A stretch of DNA of 63,504 bases, filler included, from 9 parts of 9 records of this genome joined end to end with filler, not necessarily neighbours in it; one strand, 5' to 3'; shown: positions 28,838-38,509, counted from the whole stretch's first letter. Translations and numbers: made by a program. Notes: generated by a model from the sequence alone, not told the origin.

Positions 28838-29248
28838 ATGTCGATCAACAATCTGACACTGATGAACATGGCGCAACATAAGCTGAACTGGCTCTCCGAA
28901 CGCCAGTCCGTGCTGGCGCAGAATGTCGCAAACGCCGATTCTCCGAGTTACCGGTCGCAGGATCTCAAGCCGATCAACTTCAAGCGGGAGGTCGAGCAGG
29001 TTACCAAGCTCCCCGTTGCGGTGACGGAAGGTAATCACATGACCGGCACCACGCCGCGCAACGATTTTCGCATTGATAAGGCGAGCTACAAGGACGTTTA
29101 CGAGGCGAGCCCGAACGGCAATGGCGTCGTTCTGGAAGAACAGATGATCGCCGTGCAGGACACCAAGCTGCAGTACGACCTCGCCCTCAATCTCTACAGC
29201 AAGCAGGTCGGCATGTTTCGCACCGCACTCGGTAGCGGCGGCCGGTAA
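28838..29248 (+). CDS. flgB: Flagellar basal-body rod protein FlgB
   Basis: RQSVLAQNVANADSPSY..QD, PNGN.V.LEEQM. Confidence 0.95.
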   Translation: MSINNLTLMNMAQHKLNWLSERQSVLAQNVANADSPSYRSQDLKPINFKREVEQVTKLPVAVTEGNHMTGTTPRNDFRIDKASYKDVYEASPNGNGVVLEEQMIAVQDTKLQYDLALNLYSKQVGMFRTALGSGGR

Positions 29249-29276
29249 GCAGGCATAAGCAGGAAAGGATTACGTC

Positions 29277-29687
29277 ATGGATCTTAATTCCGCGATCAAG
29301 ATTTCCGCATCCGGTATGCGGACCCAGGGCACGCGCCTCAGGGTTATTTCCGAAAACGTGGCAAATGCTGACTCGCTTGGCTCGGTCAAGGGAGAGGACC
29401 CGTATCGCCGGAAAACCATCGTCTTCGAGAATTATGTAAATCGGGACGAAGATGCCGAAATGGTCCGTGTGGCAAAGATCGGCCGGGACGATTCGGAATT
29501 CGAACTGGCTTACGAGCCGTATCACCCGCTGGCTGACGAAGACGGCTATGTACGCCGTCCGAACGTGAACAGCCTGATCGAGATGATGGACATGAAGGAA
29601 GCCCAGCGCAGTTACGAGGCGAACCTTTCCTCCATCGAGATGGCGCGCAGCATGCTGCAGCGGACGGTTGACCTGTTGCGCGGCTAA
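29277..29687 (+). CDS. flgC: Flagellar basal-body rod protein FlgC
   Basis: ISASGM..Q..RL.VISENVANA, PYRRK, YEPYHPLAD..GYV..PNVN..EM. Confidence 0.96.
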   Translation: MDLNSAIKISASGMRTQGTRLRVISENVANADSLGSVKGEDPYRRKTIVFENYVNRDEDAEMVRVAKIGRDDSEFELAYEPYHPLADEDGYVRRPNVNSLIEMMDMKEAQRSYEANLSSIEMARSMLQRTVDLLRG

Positions 29688-29744
29688 GATATTGGCCGGG
29701 CTGGAAAGAGTGCCTGATTCCAGTTACTGTCAGGCTGAATCACA

Positions 29745-30062
29745 ATGGAGATATCCATGGTAGGCAATATCGGAAATGCGTTCGGGGCAGCTGGTATCGG
29801 CAAGATTCCGGGGGCCGACGATGCGAAATCCGCCGGAGCGGTCGGAACCGATTTCGCAACTTTCGTGAAGCAGGCGGCCGAGGATGCGGTCGGTACCATG
29901 GAAGCCGGAGAGCAAATGTCCATGAAGGGGATCGCCGGAGAGGCCGATCTGACCGATGTGGTGCAGGCGGTGAACAGTGCGGATATTACGCTGCGGACAA
30001 TCGTGACACTGCGCGACCGGATGGTGCAGGCTTATCAGGAAGTGATCCGCATGCCAGTTTGA
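29745..30062 (+). CDS. fliE: Flagellar hook-basal body protein FliE
   Basis: DVVQAV..A..TL...VTLRDRMVQAYQEVIRMPV. Confidence 0.93.
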   Translation: MEISMVGNIGNAFGAAGIGKIPGADDAKSAGAVGTDFATFVKQAAEDAVGTMEAGEQMSMKGIAGEADLTDVVQAVNSADITLRTIVTLRDRMVQAYQEVIRMPV

Positions 30063-30155
30063 TGGCGCATGCGGCCCCTTTTAGGGTCATAATCGGTTGG
30101 TCATGAATTGCCCGGCAGATCTTGCCGGGCCGTACTTGTTTGCCGGGGTAAGCCC

Positions 30156-30422
30156 ATGAACGAAGCTGATGCTATCGAGATTGGCCGCGAAGCGGTGATC
30201 ACGATGCTAACCATGTCGACACCGATCATGTTGCTCGGTCTTGCGGTTGGTTTGTTGATTTCTCTCTTCCAGGCTCTGACCCAGTTGCAGGAAATGACAT
30301 TGGTGTTCGTACCGAAGATCATCATCGTCTTTGCTGGCTTGATCTTCTTCCTGCCGTTCATGCTGAACACGATAAATGCCTTCATGCAGTCCATCGCGGA
30401 CAAAATCATATCGCTCGGATAG
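30156..30422 (+). CDS. fliQ: Flagellar export protein FliQ
   Basis: GLAVGLLISLFQALTQLQEMTLVFVPK; start moved to ATG 30156. Confidence 0.95.
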   Translation: MNEADAIEIGREAVITMLTMSTPIMLLGLAVGLLISLFQALTQLQEMTLVFVPKIIIVFAGLIFFLPFMLNTINAFMQSIADKIISLG

Positions 30423-30437
30423 GGCTGGCACAGGTTC

Positions 30438-31202
30438 ATGCCTCTTGAGGATTTCCTCCCGACTCAGGTCTACATCATTCTGCTGGTCTTGAGCCGGTTG
30501 GGCGGGACCATGATGCTTATACCGGGGATTGGGGAGACCTTTGTCCCCGTCCAGTACCGGCTGATCCTGACGGTCGGGCTGAGCCTCGTCGTTGCACCTT
30601 TGGTCGCGGATACCATCCCGCTGGCCCCGACCGCGCCGGAGCTCGCCCGCCTGGTCTTTTTTGAGCTGGTCATCGGACTCTATTTCGGGATCGTCGCACG
30701 TATCCTGCTGTTGACGATGGATACGGCAGGCCAGATCATTGCCATGAATGCAGGCCTTGCAAATGCGCAGATATTCAACCCGGCAATCGCGACGCAAGGC
30801 TCGCTGCCCGGCTTCTTTCTGCTGAATATCGCGACGCTGCTTCTGCTGATCACCGATCTGCATCACTTGCTGATCCGCGCCCTGATCGACAGCTACTCCC
30901 TGTTCCCGCCGGGCGCGCCACTTCCCTTGGCGGATTTCGCCGACGCGATTTCGACGGTTATTTCGCATAGCTTCCAGCTTGCCGTGCAGCTTTCCTCGCC
31001 ATTCATTGTGCTGGGGCTGCTATTCTATCTGGTGATGGGGATCATGGCGCGGCTGATGCCGCAGCTGCAGATCTTTTTCGTCGCACTGCCGATCCAGGTG
31101 GTAATGGGGCTGGTGGTTCTGTCCTTGGTGCTCAGTGGGGCCATGCTGGTCTTTTTGGAGTATTATGGTGCGAATATCGGGAGCTACGTGATCCCGAGGT
31201 AA
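30438..31202 (+). CDS. fliR: Flagellar export protein FliR
   Basis: Multi-TM; DTAGQII...GL, TDLHH..I.AL..SY, RLMPQLQIFFV.LP. Confidence 0.94.
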   Translation: MPLEDFLPTQVYIILLVLSRLGGTMMLIPGIGETFVPVQYRLILTVGLSLVVAPLVADTIPLAPTAPELARLVFFELVIGLYFGIVARILLLTMDTAGQIIAMNAGLANAQIFNPAIATQGSLPGFFLLNIATLLLLITDLHHLLIRALIDSYSLFPPGAPLPLADFADAISTVISHSFQLAVQLSSPFIVLGLLFYLVMGIMARLMPQLQIFFVALPIQVVMGLVVLSLVLSGAMLVFLEYYGANIGSYVIPR

Positions 31203-31259
31203 TGTGTGTGGCGTCGCGGCAATGGAGCTGCGGCCACGAAGTTTATCGGAGCCGCCGGC

Positions 31260-32339
31260 ATGTCCGACCAGGACGATGCAGATAAGTCAGAAGAACCGTC
31301 CGCCCGAAAACTTTCCCAGGCGCGGGAGAAGGGGCAGACTCTCAGTTCCAAGGAGGTGAATAATTTCGCCGTCCTTTTGGGCGCGACCTTGATCGTCGGC
31401 CTGATCGGACCTTATTTGCTGATGGATATGAGCCACGCGCTCCTGTTCTTTATCGAACGCCCCGACCGTGTCGACATGAGCGCGGTCGGCCCGGTTCTTT
31501 TCGATACGCTGCTGAATGTCGGGCTCGCTATCGCGCCGTCGCTCGGCTTGCTTGTTTTCGTAGCTGCCGCAGGCATTCTCATACAGATCGGCTGGATGGT
31601 TTCTCCTGAATCCATCATGCCGAAGCTTGAGAAAATATCGCCGATTAGCGGGGCGAAACGTCTGTTCAGCCTGAAGTCCGTGATGGAGCTGCTCAAGGGT
31701 ATCATCAAGATGGTCCTGGTCGGCGTCGTTGCCTATCTGATCGTCTCTCCGGAATTCTCGCGCATCGAGTTGATGGTGCAGATGGATATCAAGGAGCTGC
31801 TTGGTGAAACCCATTGGGTGGCGATCAAGCTGTTTGCCGGCGTGCTGGCCATCACGGGTGTGATGGCCGTGGTCGATTATCTCTACCAGCGCTTCGAGTT
31901 CATGAAACAGATGCGCATGTCCAAGCAGGAAGTGAAGGACGAGCACAAACAGACGGAAGGCGATCCGCATGTGAAGGCCCGGCTGCGTCAGCTCCGGGCG
32001 GAACGGGCTCGCACGCGGATGATTGCCGAAGTGCCGAAGGCGACCGTGGTCGTGACGAACCCAACCCATTTCGCGGTCGCGCTGAAATATGAGATGGACG
32101 AAATGGCCGCCCCCAAAGTCGTTGCCAAGGGGGTGGATGCGGTTGCCCTGAAAATCAGGGAGGTCGCGACGGAAAACGATGTTCCGATCGTTGAAAACCG
32201 GCCGTTGGCACGGGCATTGTTCGACAATACGGAAATAGACGAGGAAATCCCGGAGGAGTATTTCAAGGCGGTGGCCGAGGTGATCAGTTACGTCTTCAAG
32301 ATGAACAAATCGAACGTGCCGGCGAACATCTCTCTATAA
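31260..32339 (+). CDS. flhB: Flagellar export switch protein FlhB
   Basis: KSEEPS.RKL..AREKGQ, MSKQEVKDE.KQTEGDP, NPTH autocleavage motif. Confidence 0.97.
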   Translation: MSDQDDADKSEEPSARKLSQAREKGQTLSSKEVNNFAVLLGATLIVGLIGPYLLMDMSHALLFFIERPDRVDMSAVGPVLFDTLLNVGLAIAPSLGLLVFVAAAGILIQIGWMVSPESIMPKLEKISPISGAKRLFSLKSVMELLKGIIKMVLVGVVAYLIVSPEFSRIELMVQMDIKELLGETHWVAIKLFAGVLAITGVMAVVDYLYQRFEFMKQMRMSKQEVKDEHKQTEGDPHVKARLRQLRAERARTRMIAEVPKATVVVTNPTHFAVALKYEMDEMAAPKVVAKGVDAVALKIREVATENDVPIVENRPLARALFDNTEIDEEIPEEYFKAVAEVISYVFKMNKSNVPANISL

Positions 32340-32400
32340 TCAAAGAGGACGGTGACAGGGAGCGGGAACGCTAAACCGTCCCATATTCTGGGGGGACCGG

Positions 32401-34425
32401 ATGGATCCGATGATTATGCCCGTGGCGGGTGGTTTTCTGGCCGCCGCCATAGGTGCTGCCGCCGTCGTCAAACTGCGGCGCGACCGGGCGGCTCTCAGGG
32501 AGCTGAAAGCTGAGCGTGAGCAATTGCGGCGCGACGTTGCGGCCCTGACCGAAGAACTCTCGGACCGGGTCCTGGCAGCGAAAGCGGAAGCAGCACCGCC
32601 ACTCCCGGTTTGCCGGTTTTCGGACGAAGGGCGCTTTCTGTCCGCGAACCAGATTTTTCTCGACCATTTTGCCGAAGGCGATGCGGAGAGTGCGGGCTCG
32701 AACAAGGTGGTTCTCCGCCTGCGCCTGATGGTCAGCAAACATATGGAAGAGGTCTGGGCGGAAGAACCGGGTAGACTTGTCATGGCTGGTACGGTGCCGG
32801 CGGGGGAGGGGCAGCCCGCCTGGCAGGTGCAGCTTGCAGCAAATAAGGAAGCCGAAGACGGTGGCGCCATTTGGGCGGTACTGTTGCCGGTGTCGGACAG
32901 CTGGAACGCACCGGCTCTCGACCATGCCCCGACGGGGGTCGCTTTTCTCGGGCCCGATTTCAAAACGCTTCATGCTAACGCGGCATATGACGCATTAGTC
33001 GAAGGTGTGGGGCCAGGCGCGGCAGAGCGGGGGCAGTTGTTTGTCGAGCTGATCGATGAAGAAGACCGCGAGACCGCGGCGCGCTTTCTGGATACGGCAT
33101 CCGCGGACGGTGACAACATTGAGGTGCAACTCGTCGACCGGGATGGTGGCGACGGTATCGAGGTCGCTGTTTTCTGCCGTTCCCTTAAAACCGGGGAGGG
33201 ACCGGACGGCGCGGCGCTCGTTGTCTACCTGATTGATATCGGCCGCCGCCGTCAGCTCGAAGCACAGGTCGCCCAGTCGCAAAAGATGCAGGCCGTGGGC
33301 CAGCTCGCCGGTGGCGTTGCGCACGATTTCAATAATCTGCTGACGGCAATGAACGGCTATTGCGATCTCCTGCTTGCCCGTCATCGGCCCGGGGATCAGT
33401 CCTTCTCCGACGTCATGCAGGTCAAGCAGAACGCCAACCGGGCAGCGAATCTGGTGCGTCAGCTGCTCGCATTTTCCCGCCAGCAGACGATGATCGCGCG
33501 GGTGCTTGATGTCACCGAGACCGTTGCGGATCTGTCGCATCTGCTGCGGCGCCTGATTGGCGAGAACATCGTCCTGAAGATCACCCATGGCCGCGAGCTC
33601 GCGCCGATCCGGGTCGATCAGGGACAACTTGAGCAGGTGGTGATCAATCTGGTTGTGAATGCGCGTGATGCCTGTCCCAGCGGCGGCACGATCACAATGC
33701 GGACCCATGACTTTGCCACCCAGACGCCGGTCCGGCGCGGCGATGACATGATGCCCGCCGGGCGTTACGTGCAACTCGATGTGGTGGATACCGGAACCGG
33801 CATCGAGGAAAAGATCATAGGCCGGATTTTCGAGCCGTTCTTCTCGACCAAGGAGGTCGGGCAGGGAACCGGCCTTGGTCTTTCGACCGTCTATGGCATC
33901 GTGAAGCAGATCAACGGCTTTATTTCCGTGGAGAGCACGGTCGGGGAAGGCACGACATTCTCCGTCTTTCTGCCTGCCTATGAGGGCACGGAAGCGCTGA
34001 GCAACCATAGTGACGGGCAACTTGACGGAGCCGAATCCCGCAAGGACCTGACTGGGGTGGAGACCATCATGCTGGTCGAGGATGAGGATCCTGTCCGTCT
34101 GTTCGGTGCACGTGCATTGCGTAACAAGGGTTACAAGGTTATCGAGGCCCGGAACGGTGAAGCGGCCCTGCAGCTTTTGTCCGATGAGACGGAGGATATA
34201 GACCTTCTGATTACCGATGTGGTGATGCCGGGAATGGACGGGCCGACACTTGTGCGCAAGGTGCGCGAGGACCGGCCGGGTCTCCGGGTGATCTGTATTT
34301 CAGGATATTCCGAGGATGCCCTGCGTCAGCGGATCGAGGAAGACACCAACATTCATTTTCTGCCGAAGCCGTTCAGCCTGAAGCAACTCGCCGGAACGGT
34401 GAAGGATGTGCTTCATCCACTGTGA
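32401..34425 (+). CDS. cckA: Hybrid sensor histidine kinase/receiver, CckA-like
   Basis: [51 protein letters not shown]-terminal REC domain; flhB-cckA-recA synteny. Confidence 0.85.
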   Translation: MDPMIMPVAGGFLAAAIGAAAVVKLRRDRAALRELKAEREQLRRDVAALTEELSDRVLAAKAEAAPPLPVCRFSDEGRFLSANQIFLDHFAEGDAESAGSNKVVLRLRLMVSKHMEEVWAEEPGRLVMAGTVPAGEGQPAWQVQLAANKEAEDGGAIWAVLLPVSDSWNAPALDHAPTGVAFLGPDFKTLHANAAYDALVEGVGPGAAERGQLFVELIDEEDRETAARFLDTASADGDNIEVQLVDRDGGDGIEVAVFCRSLKTGEGPDGAALVVYLIDIGRRRQLEAQVAQSQKMQAVGQLAGGVAHDFNNLLTAMNGYCDLLLARHRPGDQSFSDVMQVKQNANRAANLVRQLLAFSRQQTMIARVLDVTETVADLSHLLRRLIGENIVLKITHGRELAPIRVDQGQLEQVVINLVVNARDACPSGGTITMRTHDFATQTPVRRGDDMMPAGRYVQLDVVDTGTGIEEKIIGRIFEPFFSTKEVGQGTGLGLSTVYGIVKQINGFISVESTVGEGTTFSVFLPAYEGTEALSNHSDGQLDGAESRKDLTGVETIMLVEDEDPVRLFGARALRNKGYKVIEARNGEAALQLLSDETEDIDLLITDVVMPGMDGPTLVRKVREDRPGLRVICISGYSEDALRQRIEEDTNIHFLPKPFSLKQLAGTVKDVLHPL

Positions 34426-34454
34426 ATATCTCGGGGTGATTCGGTGTTTTTCAG

Positions 34455-34469
34455 GAACACAAGGGGAAC
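34455..34469 (+). promoter_or_regulatory. Alphaproteobacterial LexA (SOS) box
   Basis: GAAC-ACAAGGG-GAAC upstream of recA. Confidence 0.65.
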
Positions 34470-34573
34470 AAAAAGTCGATCTTCGACATCAAAACGCAAA
34501 ATGTCGTGGCGGCGTTGAAAATGAATCCTAGATTTCGAACGTGAACAAAACAGGAAAATGTTCTTGTATTTGA

Positions 34574-34588
34574 GAACAAAAATGGTAC
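34574..34588 (+). promoter_or_regulatory. Alphaproteobacterial LexA (SOS) box
   Basis: GAAC-AAAAATG-GTAC, the GAAC-N7-GTAC variant typical of alpha recA promoters. Confidence 0.8.
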
Positions 34589-34696
34589 ATCCTGAAATCC
34601 GAATTTCAGTTCAGTCCCGTCCATGACGCTCATGGGGCAAACGGGACGGCACTGATTGCCATCGCAGGCGTCCTTGTGGGATATGGAGGATCGGGT

Positions 34697-34813
34697 ATGT
34701 CGGAACTAGCACTCAGAGTCATCGAACGGGACCCCATGGATAAGACAAAGGCGTTGGAAGCTGCCCTCGGCCAGATCGAGAAGGCATTTGGCAAGGGCTC
34801 GATCATGAAGCTC
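34697..34813 (+). CDS. recA: Recombinase RecA (N-terminal fragment)
   Basis: [35 protein letters not shown] before ATG 34697. Confidence 0.96.
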
Positions 34814-34913
34814 NNNNNNNNNNNNNNNNNNNNNNNNNNNNNNNNNNNNNNNNNNNNTTAATTAATTAANNNNNNNNNNNNNNNNNNNNNNNNNNNNNNN
34901 NNNNNNNNNNNNN
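34814..34913. other. Artificial contig linker
   Basis: N44-TTAATTAATTAA-N44. Confidence 0.99.
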
Positions 34914-35156
34914 CGACACATCCCACGCCATCACCACGTCGAACCGGCGGCGTGCGGCATCCTTCATCATCGCGTCCAGCCCGGGCCGCGCGCGGCTGGC
35001 CCCGGATGCCGTCTCAACGTATTCGCACACAACGGCCCAGCCCGCGCGCTCCGCCACCTCTCGCAGGCGGATAAGCTGGTTTTCGGGCGTCTGTTCGCCG
35101 GTCGATACCCGGGCATAGATCGCGGCGCGGCGCGAGGGTGTTTTCGGACAGTCCAT
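34914..35156 (-). CDS. Serine recombinase/resolvase (3' truncated)
   Basis: RAAIYARVST (catalytic Ser)..Q.PENQ, YVE.ASGA...RPGL..MM..A..RRFDVVM; GGAG RBS before ATG 35156. Confidence 0.92.
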
Positions 35157-35236
35157 TGTTGTTGCTCCATTTCTTTGCTCACCCATAGGTAGAACATACC
35201 GCGAACACAGTTGGGCCGTCTATCCGAAAGCACCCT
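35135..35236. repeat. 16-bp imperfect inverted repeat, candidate recombinase binding (res) sites
   Basis: AGGGTGTTTTCGGACA (35135-50) / TATCCGAAAGCACCCT (35221-36), 14 of 16 complementary. Confidence 0.55.
35192..35206 (-). promoter_or_regulatory. LexA (SOS) box upstream of the serine recombinase
   Basis: Plus strand GAAC-ATACCGC-GAAC (GTTC-N7-GTTC on the coding strand), 35 nt before the ATG. Confidence 0.55.
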
Positions 35237-35451
35237 GTGCCGGTCGGTCCGGGGGTGGCCTTCGATGTGCGGACAAATGCCCGCAGGCGTGGGCTTTCAG
35301 GCGGCCAGATCGCGCGACCCTTGCGGGGTGGCCTTTGCCCAGCAAGATCAGACCAAGCGGTTCGACGGGGCGGATCGCAGATTTGGCGGCGCAGGCAAAT
35401 GGATCGGGCGTGGCCTTTTAGGAGGGGCGCACAACGCGGGTTTCATTGCCC

Positions 35452-35659
35452 AATGGGTCATTCACCCATTTCAGGGCATTCAGGGCATTCAGGGTTTTCA
35501 GGGTTTCTTTTCCCCCGGCGCGGAAGATTCATACAAGGGAACAGTAAAGGCCGGTATCCGTAAGGAACGCAGACCTGCGGAGCCTCCCGGATACGCTTGG
35601 AACGGCCCGCCGCGCGCGGCTGGGGGGGGAAAGAAGCCCCGGAAGCCCCGAATGCCCGG
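35452..35659. repeat. Two oppositely oriented 9-bp iteron arrays, candidate replication origin
   Basis: TTCAGGGCA x2 + TTCAGGGTT x2 (35470-35505); inverted counterpart GAAGCCCCG-GAAGCCCCG-AATGCCCGG (35633-59); hairpin AATGGGT-cattc-ACCCATT (35452-70). Confidence 0.7.
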
Positions 35660-35665
35660 TGGCCA

Positions 35666-38179
35666 TCATTCAGCCACCTTCACAAGCCGGTATGCGAGGG
35701 CGTTGTTCTCCCCTTTGAAGGCCACGATCTTCCGGCCACGCACGATCCGGCCCTTCACCCGCTTCAGATACGACGCCACCGCCTTCGGGCTTGCACCCCT
35801 CGGGCAGGCCGCATCAAGCGCCAGCATCAGCCCATCGCGCCCGGGGCCACCTGCGGCCTCCTCGCCCGCACGCCGGACCAGCTCGCCCGCCGTCACCACC
35901 GCGCCGATGTCAATCATCTGCTCCCATGCCTCGATCAGGCTCGAAAGCTCCTCGCGGACTGAATCGACGGCAGCAACATCGGCCTGCGTTTCGTGCGGGT
36001 CGGGCTCGCCCGCCCAGACCAGCGCGCCGCGCACTAGGTTGGACCAGTCCTCGAAGCCACCGAACGGGGTCAGCTTTTCCAGCCCGGGGCGTCCAGCTAC
36101 GATGAATGCGCGCAGGACGGTCAGCGCCGCCGGAACCAGCTCATGCCGCCGCCTCGGCACCTCTGTCTTGAGGTCCACTTCAAACTTTCGCTCGGCGGGC
36201 CGCTCCACCCCTGCATCCATCGTGCAGAGGATCGCGCGGCGGCTCATGTCCTCGCGGAACTCAAGGTTGTTGCCGTTCACCAGCCACAGCGTCCGCGTCG
36301 AGACGTGCCCCTGGTCGTTGCCGCCAAGCATCCGGTCCTGCCACGTCTCCTGCGTCAGGATCGAACACATGCGCGCGCCTCCCATGGGGCGGTCCACGTT
36401 GTCGATCACCACCACGGGGTCGCTCTGCATCAGGACAGACATGAGGCGCTTGCGCTCCTCCTCCCCGTCCCCGTCGCCCGACTGGTTCAGCACGGTCGCG
36501 GGACGGCCCATCGCCAGCAACGCCACTGCATCGGTCAGCAGGCTCTTTCCAGTCCCCATGGTCGGGGCCGTGAAGCCGTGCATCGGTGCCGTGCGAAGGG
36601 ACCGGCGGCACACCGCCGTCAGCATCGCGGACAGGGCCACAGAGCGTGAAGGCGAGCGGCCATCACCGTCCTCCACGAACGGGAAGCCTTCGATGACCCA
36701 CTTGAGCTTTGCCAGCGCCGCAACCGCATCCTCTTGCGTCGGCGCATCAGGAACGGCGTCGAAAGTCGCACCGCCCGTGTCCAATATCAGACCTGAAGCC
36801 GCGTCATATCCCTCCTGCGCCAGCACGGTCCCATCGGCGCGGAGCGTCGGGCATTCCACGATGCCGCGCAGGACTGGCAGCCGCCCGCCGCCCTCGCGCA
36901 CCCGCTGGATGTAGGTCAGCGACAGCGAAACCGGCGGACCAACGGGCTTGTCTTTGGTCCCTTCTTCTGTCTCAACCACCTTCACGAAGTTGGCCACCCG
37001 GGTCATCAGGTCCCGCAGGCTGTGGGGCTGCACGTCGCGGACGACTAGAGCGCCCTCCTGCCGCTTTACTTCGCCGTCGAGCTCGGACACGTCGAGCCTG
37101 ACGGCCCGGACCAGCCGCCCCATCTGCTGGTAGATGGGCAGCCCGGCGGCCATCATCGCTGCCTCTGCGGCGTCCTGCGTCTCGTGCAGCCGGTTCTCGG
37201 ACAGCTCCACCCGGGTCCGCACATCTTCGCGCCCGGACATGCCCAGCCAGAGCCGGAAACGCTTGCCGACAGGCTCGGGCAGGCCCAGCATCTCGACCAC
37301 GCGCGGGATGCCCGTCGCGGCCTCGCCCGCCTCAACCTTCGCAGCGGTCTGGCCTGCCTTGCGGCGCTTGCCCGCTTCCTCGTCGCCTGCGGCCTCGGCC
37401 ACCGCGACAATGCACCTGTCCGCGTGTTCAGGGGCGAGGCCAGCCGCCAGCAGAGCGCCCGCCAGCGCCATGCACAAGTCATCGCGCGAGCCCTGCGCAG
37501 GGTAGAAGCGCGCCACCACAGACAGGAAGGCCAGAAGGCCCGCCCGCTGGTGGATGCCCTTGGCCGCGTCTTCAAGCAGGCCGCTGCCCCGTTCCCACGC
37601 CACGGCCTCGCCGTTCGGGTGGATCGAAGGCGGGGCCATCGTGTGACCCTTCGCCCGGACCTCTAACACGCAGACAGCGTGTTCATCGGGCAGGCCAGCA
37701 AGACCCTTCAGCTCGGGTATCTCATACTTCTTGGACGCCACGACATCGGACCCGCGCAACAGGTAGTGCGAGCCGGGCGCGCCCTCGCGCCCGAACCGGG
37801 CGAAGCGGTCCAGCAATAAGCCCCCGAGCCGCCGCGCCTCCGGCCAGTCAAGGTCGAAGTCCACCAGCCCGCCGTGGTCCGGCCCGAGGCGAAATCCAAG
37901 GTTGTAGCCGCCATGGTCGATCAGCCGCGCCGCGTTGTCGGCGGTAATAGTGTTGGCGTCGTGCTTGCCCAATGGCTTCTTGCTCTTGGGGCCAAGGCGG
38001 ATGGGCGTCATGCCCCGCGCGAGGTATCCAAGTGCAGCATCCAACAAGTCTTTCTGGTCGGTCGTGGAGCGGTTTCCGGCTATACTCGCGGCATCAGGGT
38101 TTTGATGACGGGTCCTGTCCTCTCCCTCGCCCCCGGTCTGCTGTCCCGCGCCGGGGGCGCTTCTTTCTTCTCCCTTCAT
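35666..38179 (-). CDS. Bifunctional primase/polymerase (Prim-Pol) fused to a C-terminal helicase-like ATPase
   Basis: AALGYLARG..PIRL...KKP, NLG..LG...LVDFDLD, G.HYL, APPSIHPNG Prim-Pol motifs; Walker A APTMGTGKS and Walker B VVVIDN. Confidence 0.85.
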   Translation of the reverse strand: MKGEERSAPGAGQQTGGEGEDRTRHQNPDAASIAGNRSTTDQKDLLDAALGYLARGMTPIRLGPKSKKPLGKHDANTITADNAARLIDHGGYNLGFRLGPDHGGLVDFDLDWPEARRLGGLLLDRFARFGREGAPGSHYLLRGSDVVASKKYEIPELKGLAGLPDEHAVCVLEVRAKGHTMAPPSIHPNGEAVAWERGSGLLEDAAKGIHQRAGLLAFLSVVARFYPAQGSRDDLCMALAGALLAAGLAPEHADRCIVAVAEAAGDEEAGKRRKAGQTAAKVEAGEAATGIPRVVEMLGLPEPVGKRFRLWLGMSGREDVRTRVELSENRLHETQDAAEAAMMAAGLPIYQQMGRLVRAVRLDVSELDGEVKRQEGALVVRDVQPHSLRDLMTRVANFVKVVETEEGTKDKPVGPPVSLSLTYIQRVREGGGRLPVLRGIVECPTLRADGTVLAQEGYDAASGLILDTGGATFDAVPDAPTQEDAVAALAKLKWVIEGFPFVEDGDGRSPSRSVALSAMLTAVCRRSLRTAPMHGFTAPTMGTGKSLLTDAVALLAMGRPATVLNQSGDGDGEEERKRLMSVLMQSDPVVVIDNVDRPMGGARMCSILTQETWQDRMLGGNDQGHVSTRTLWLVNGNNLEFREDMSRRAILCTMDAGVERPAERKFEVDLKTEVPRRRHELVPAALTVLRAFIVAGRPGLEKLTPFGGFEDWSNLVRGALVWAGEPDPHETQADVAAVDSVREELSSLIEAWEQMIDIGAVVTAGELVRRAGEEAAGGPGRDGLMLALDAACPRGASPKAVASYLKRVKGRIVRGRKIVAFKGENNALAYRLVKVAE

Positions 38180-38373
38180 CCCGTGGTCCTCGCCTCAGCT
38201 CGGGCGGCAACCCAGTCGCCCACCTCGCGCTCAAGCCACGCAACCTTGTTGGCGCAGAGGCGGAGCTGGCGGGGAAAGTCCCCCTGCCGGATCAGCTTGT
38301 AGATGGTGGGCTTGGAGAGGCGGGTGCGCACGGCAACCTCCCCAATCGTAAGCAGTGTGTCGGCGTCTGGCAT
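38176..38373 (-). CDS. alpA: AlpA-family phage regulatory protein
   Basis: LLTIGEVAVRTRLSKPTIYKLIRQGDFPRQLRL..NKVAWLEREVGDW. Confidence 0.92.
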   Translation of the reverse strand: MPDADTLLTIGEVAVRTRLSKPTIYKLIRQGDFPRQLRLCANKVAWLEREVGDWVAARAEARTTG

Positions 38374-38409
38374 GGTCTTTATCCCCGGATATGGCGTCAT
38401 CTGGGGAGA

Positions 38410-38509
38410 NNNNNNNNNNNNNNNNNNNNNNNNNNNNNNNNNNNNNNNNNNNNTTAATTAATTAANNNNNNNNNNNNNNNNNNNNNNNNNNNNNNNNNNN
38501 NNNNNNNNN
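38410..38509. other. Artificial contig linker
   Basis: N44-TTAATTAATTAA-N44. Confidence 0.99.

Larger units (their letters stand above)
34914..38409 (-). mobile_element. Fragment of a phage-satellite (PICI/P4-like) or integrative element
   Basis: Co-oriented alpA - Prim-Pol/helicase - iteron-like repeats - serine recombinase; element ends not visible. Confidence 0.7.

Noticed and set aside
34697-35156. recA adjacent to a serine recombinase, suggesting integration into recA
   Set aside because: They are separated by an artificial linker and lie on different contigs
35470-35505. CRISPR array
   Set aside because: Repeats are 9 bp and contiguous, with no spacers and no cas genes
35211-36914. 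567-aa plus-strand ORF with an FQGIQGIQGFQGF repeat
   Set aside because: Antisense to the primase; the peptide repeat is just a translation of the 9-bp iterons
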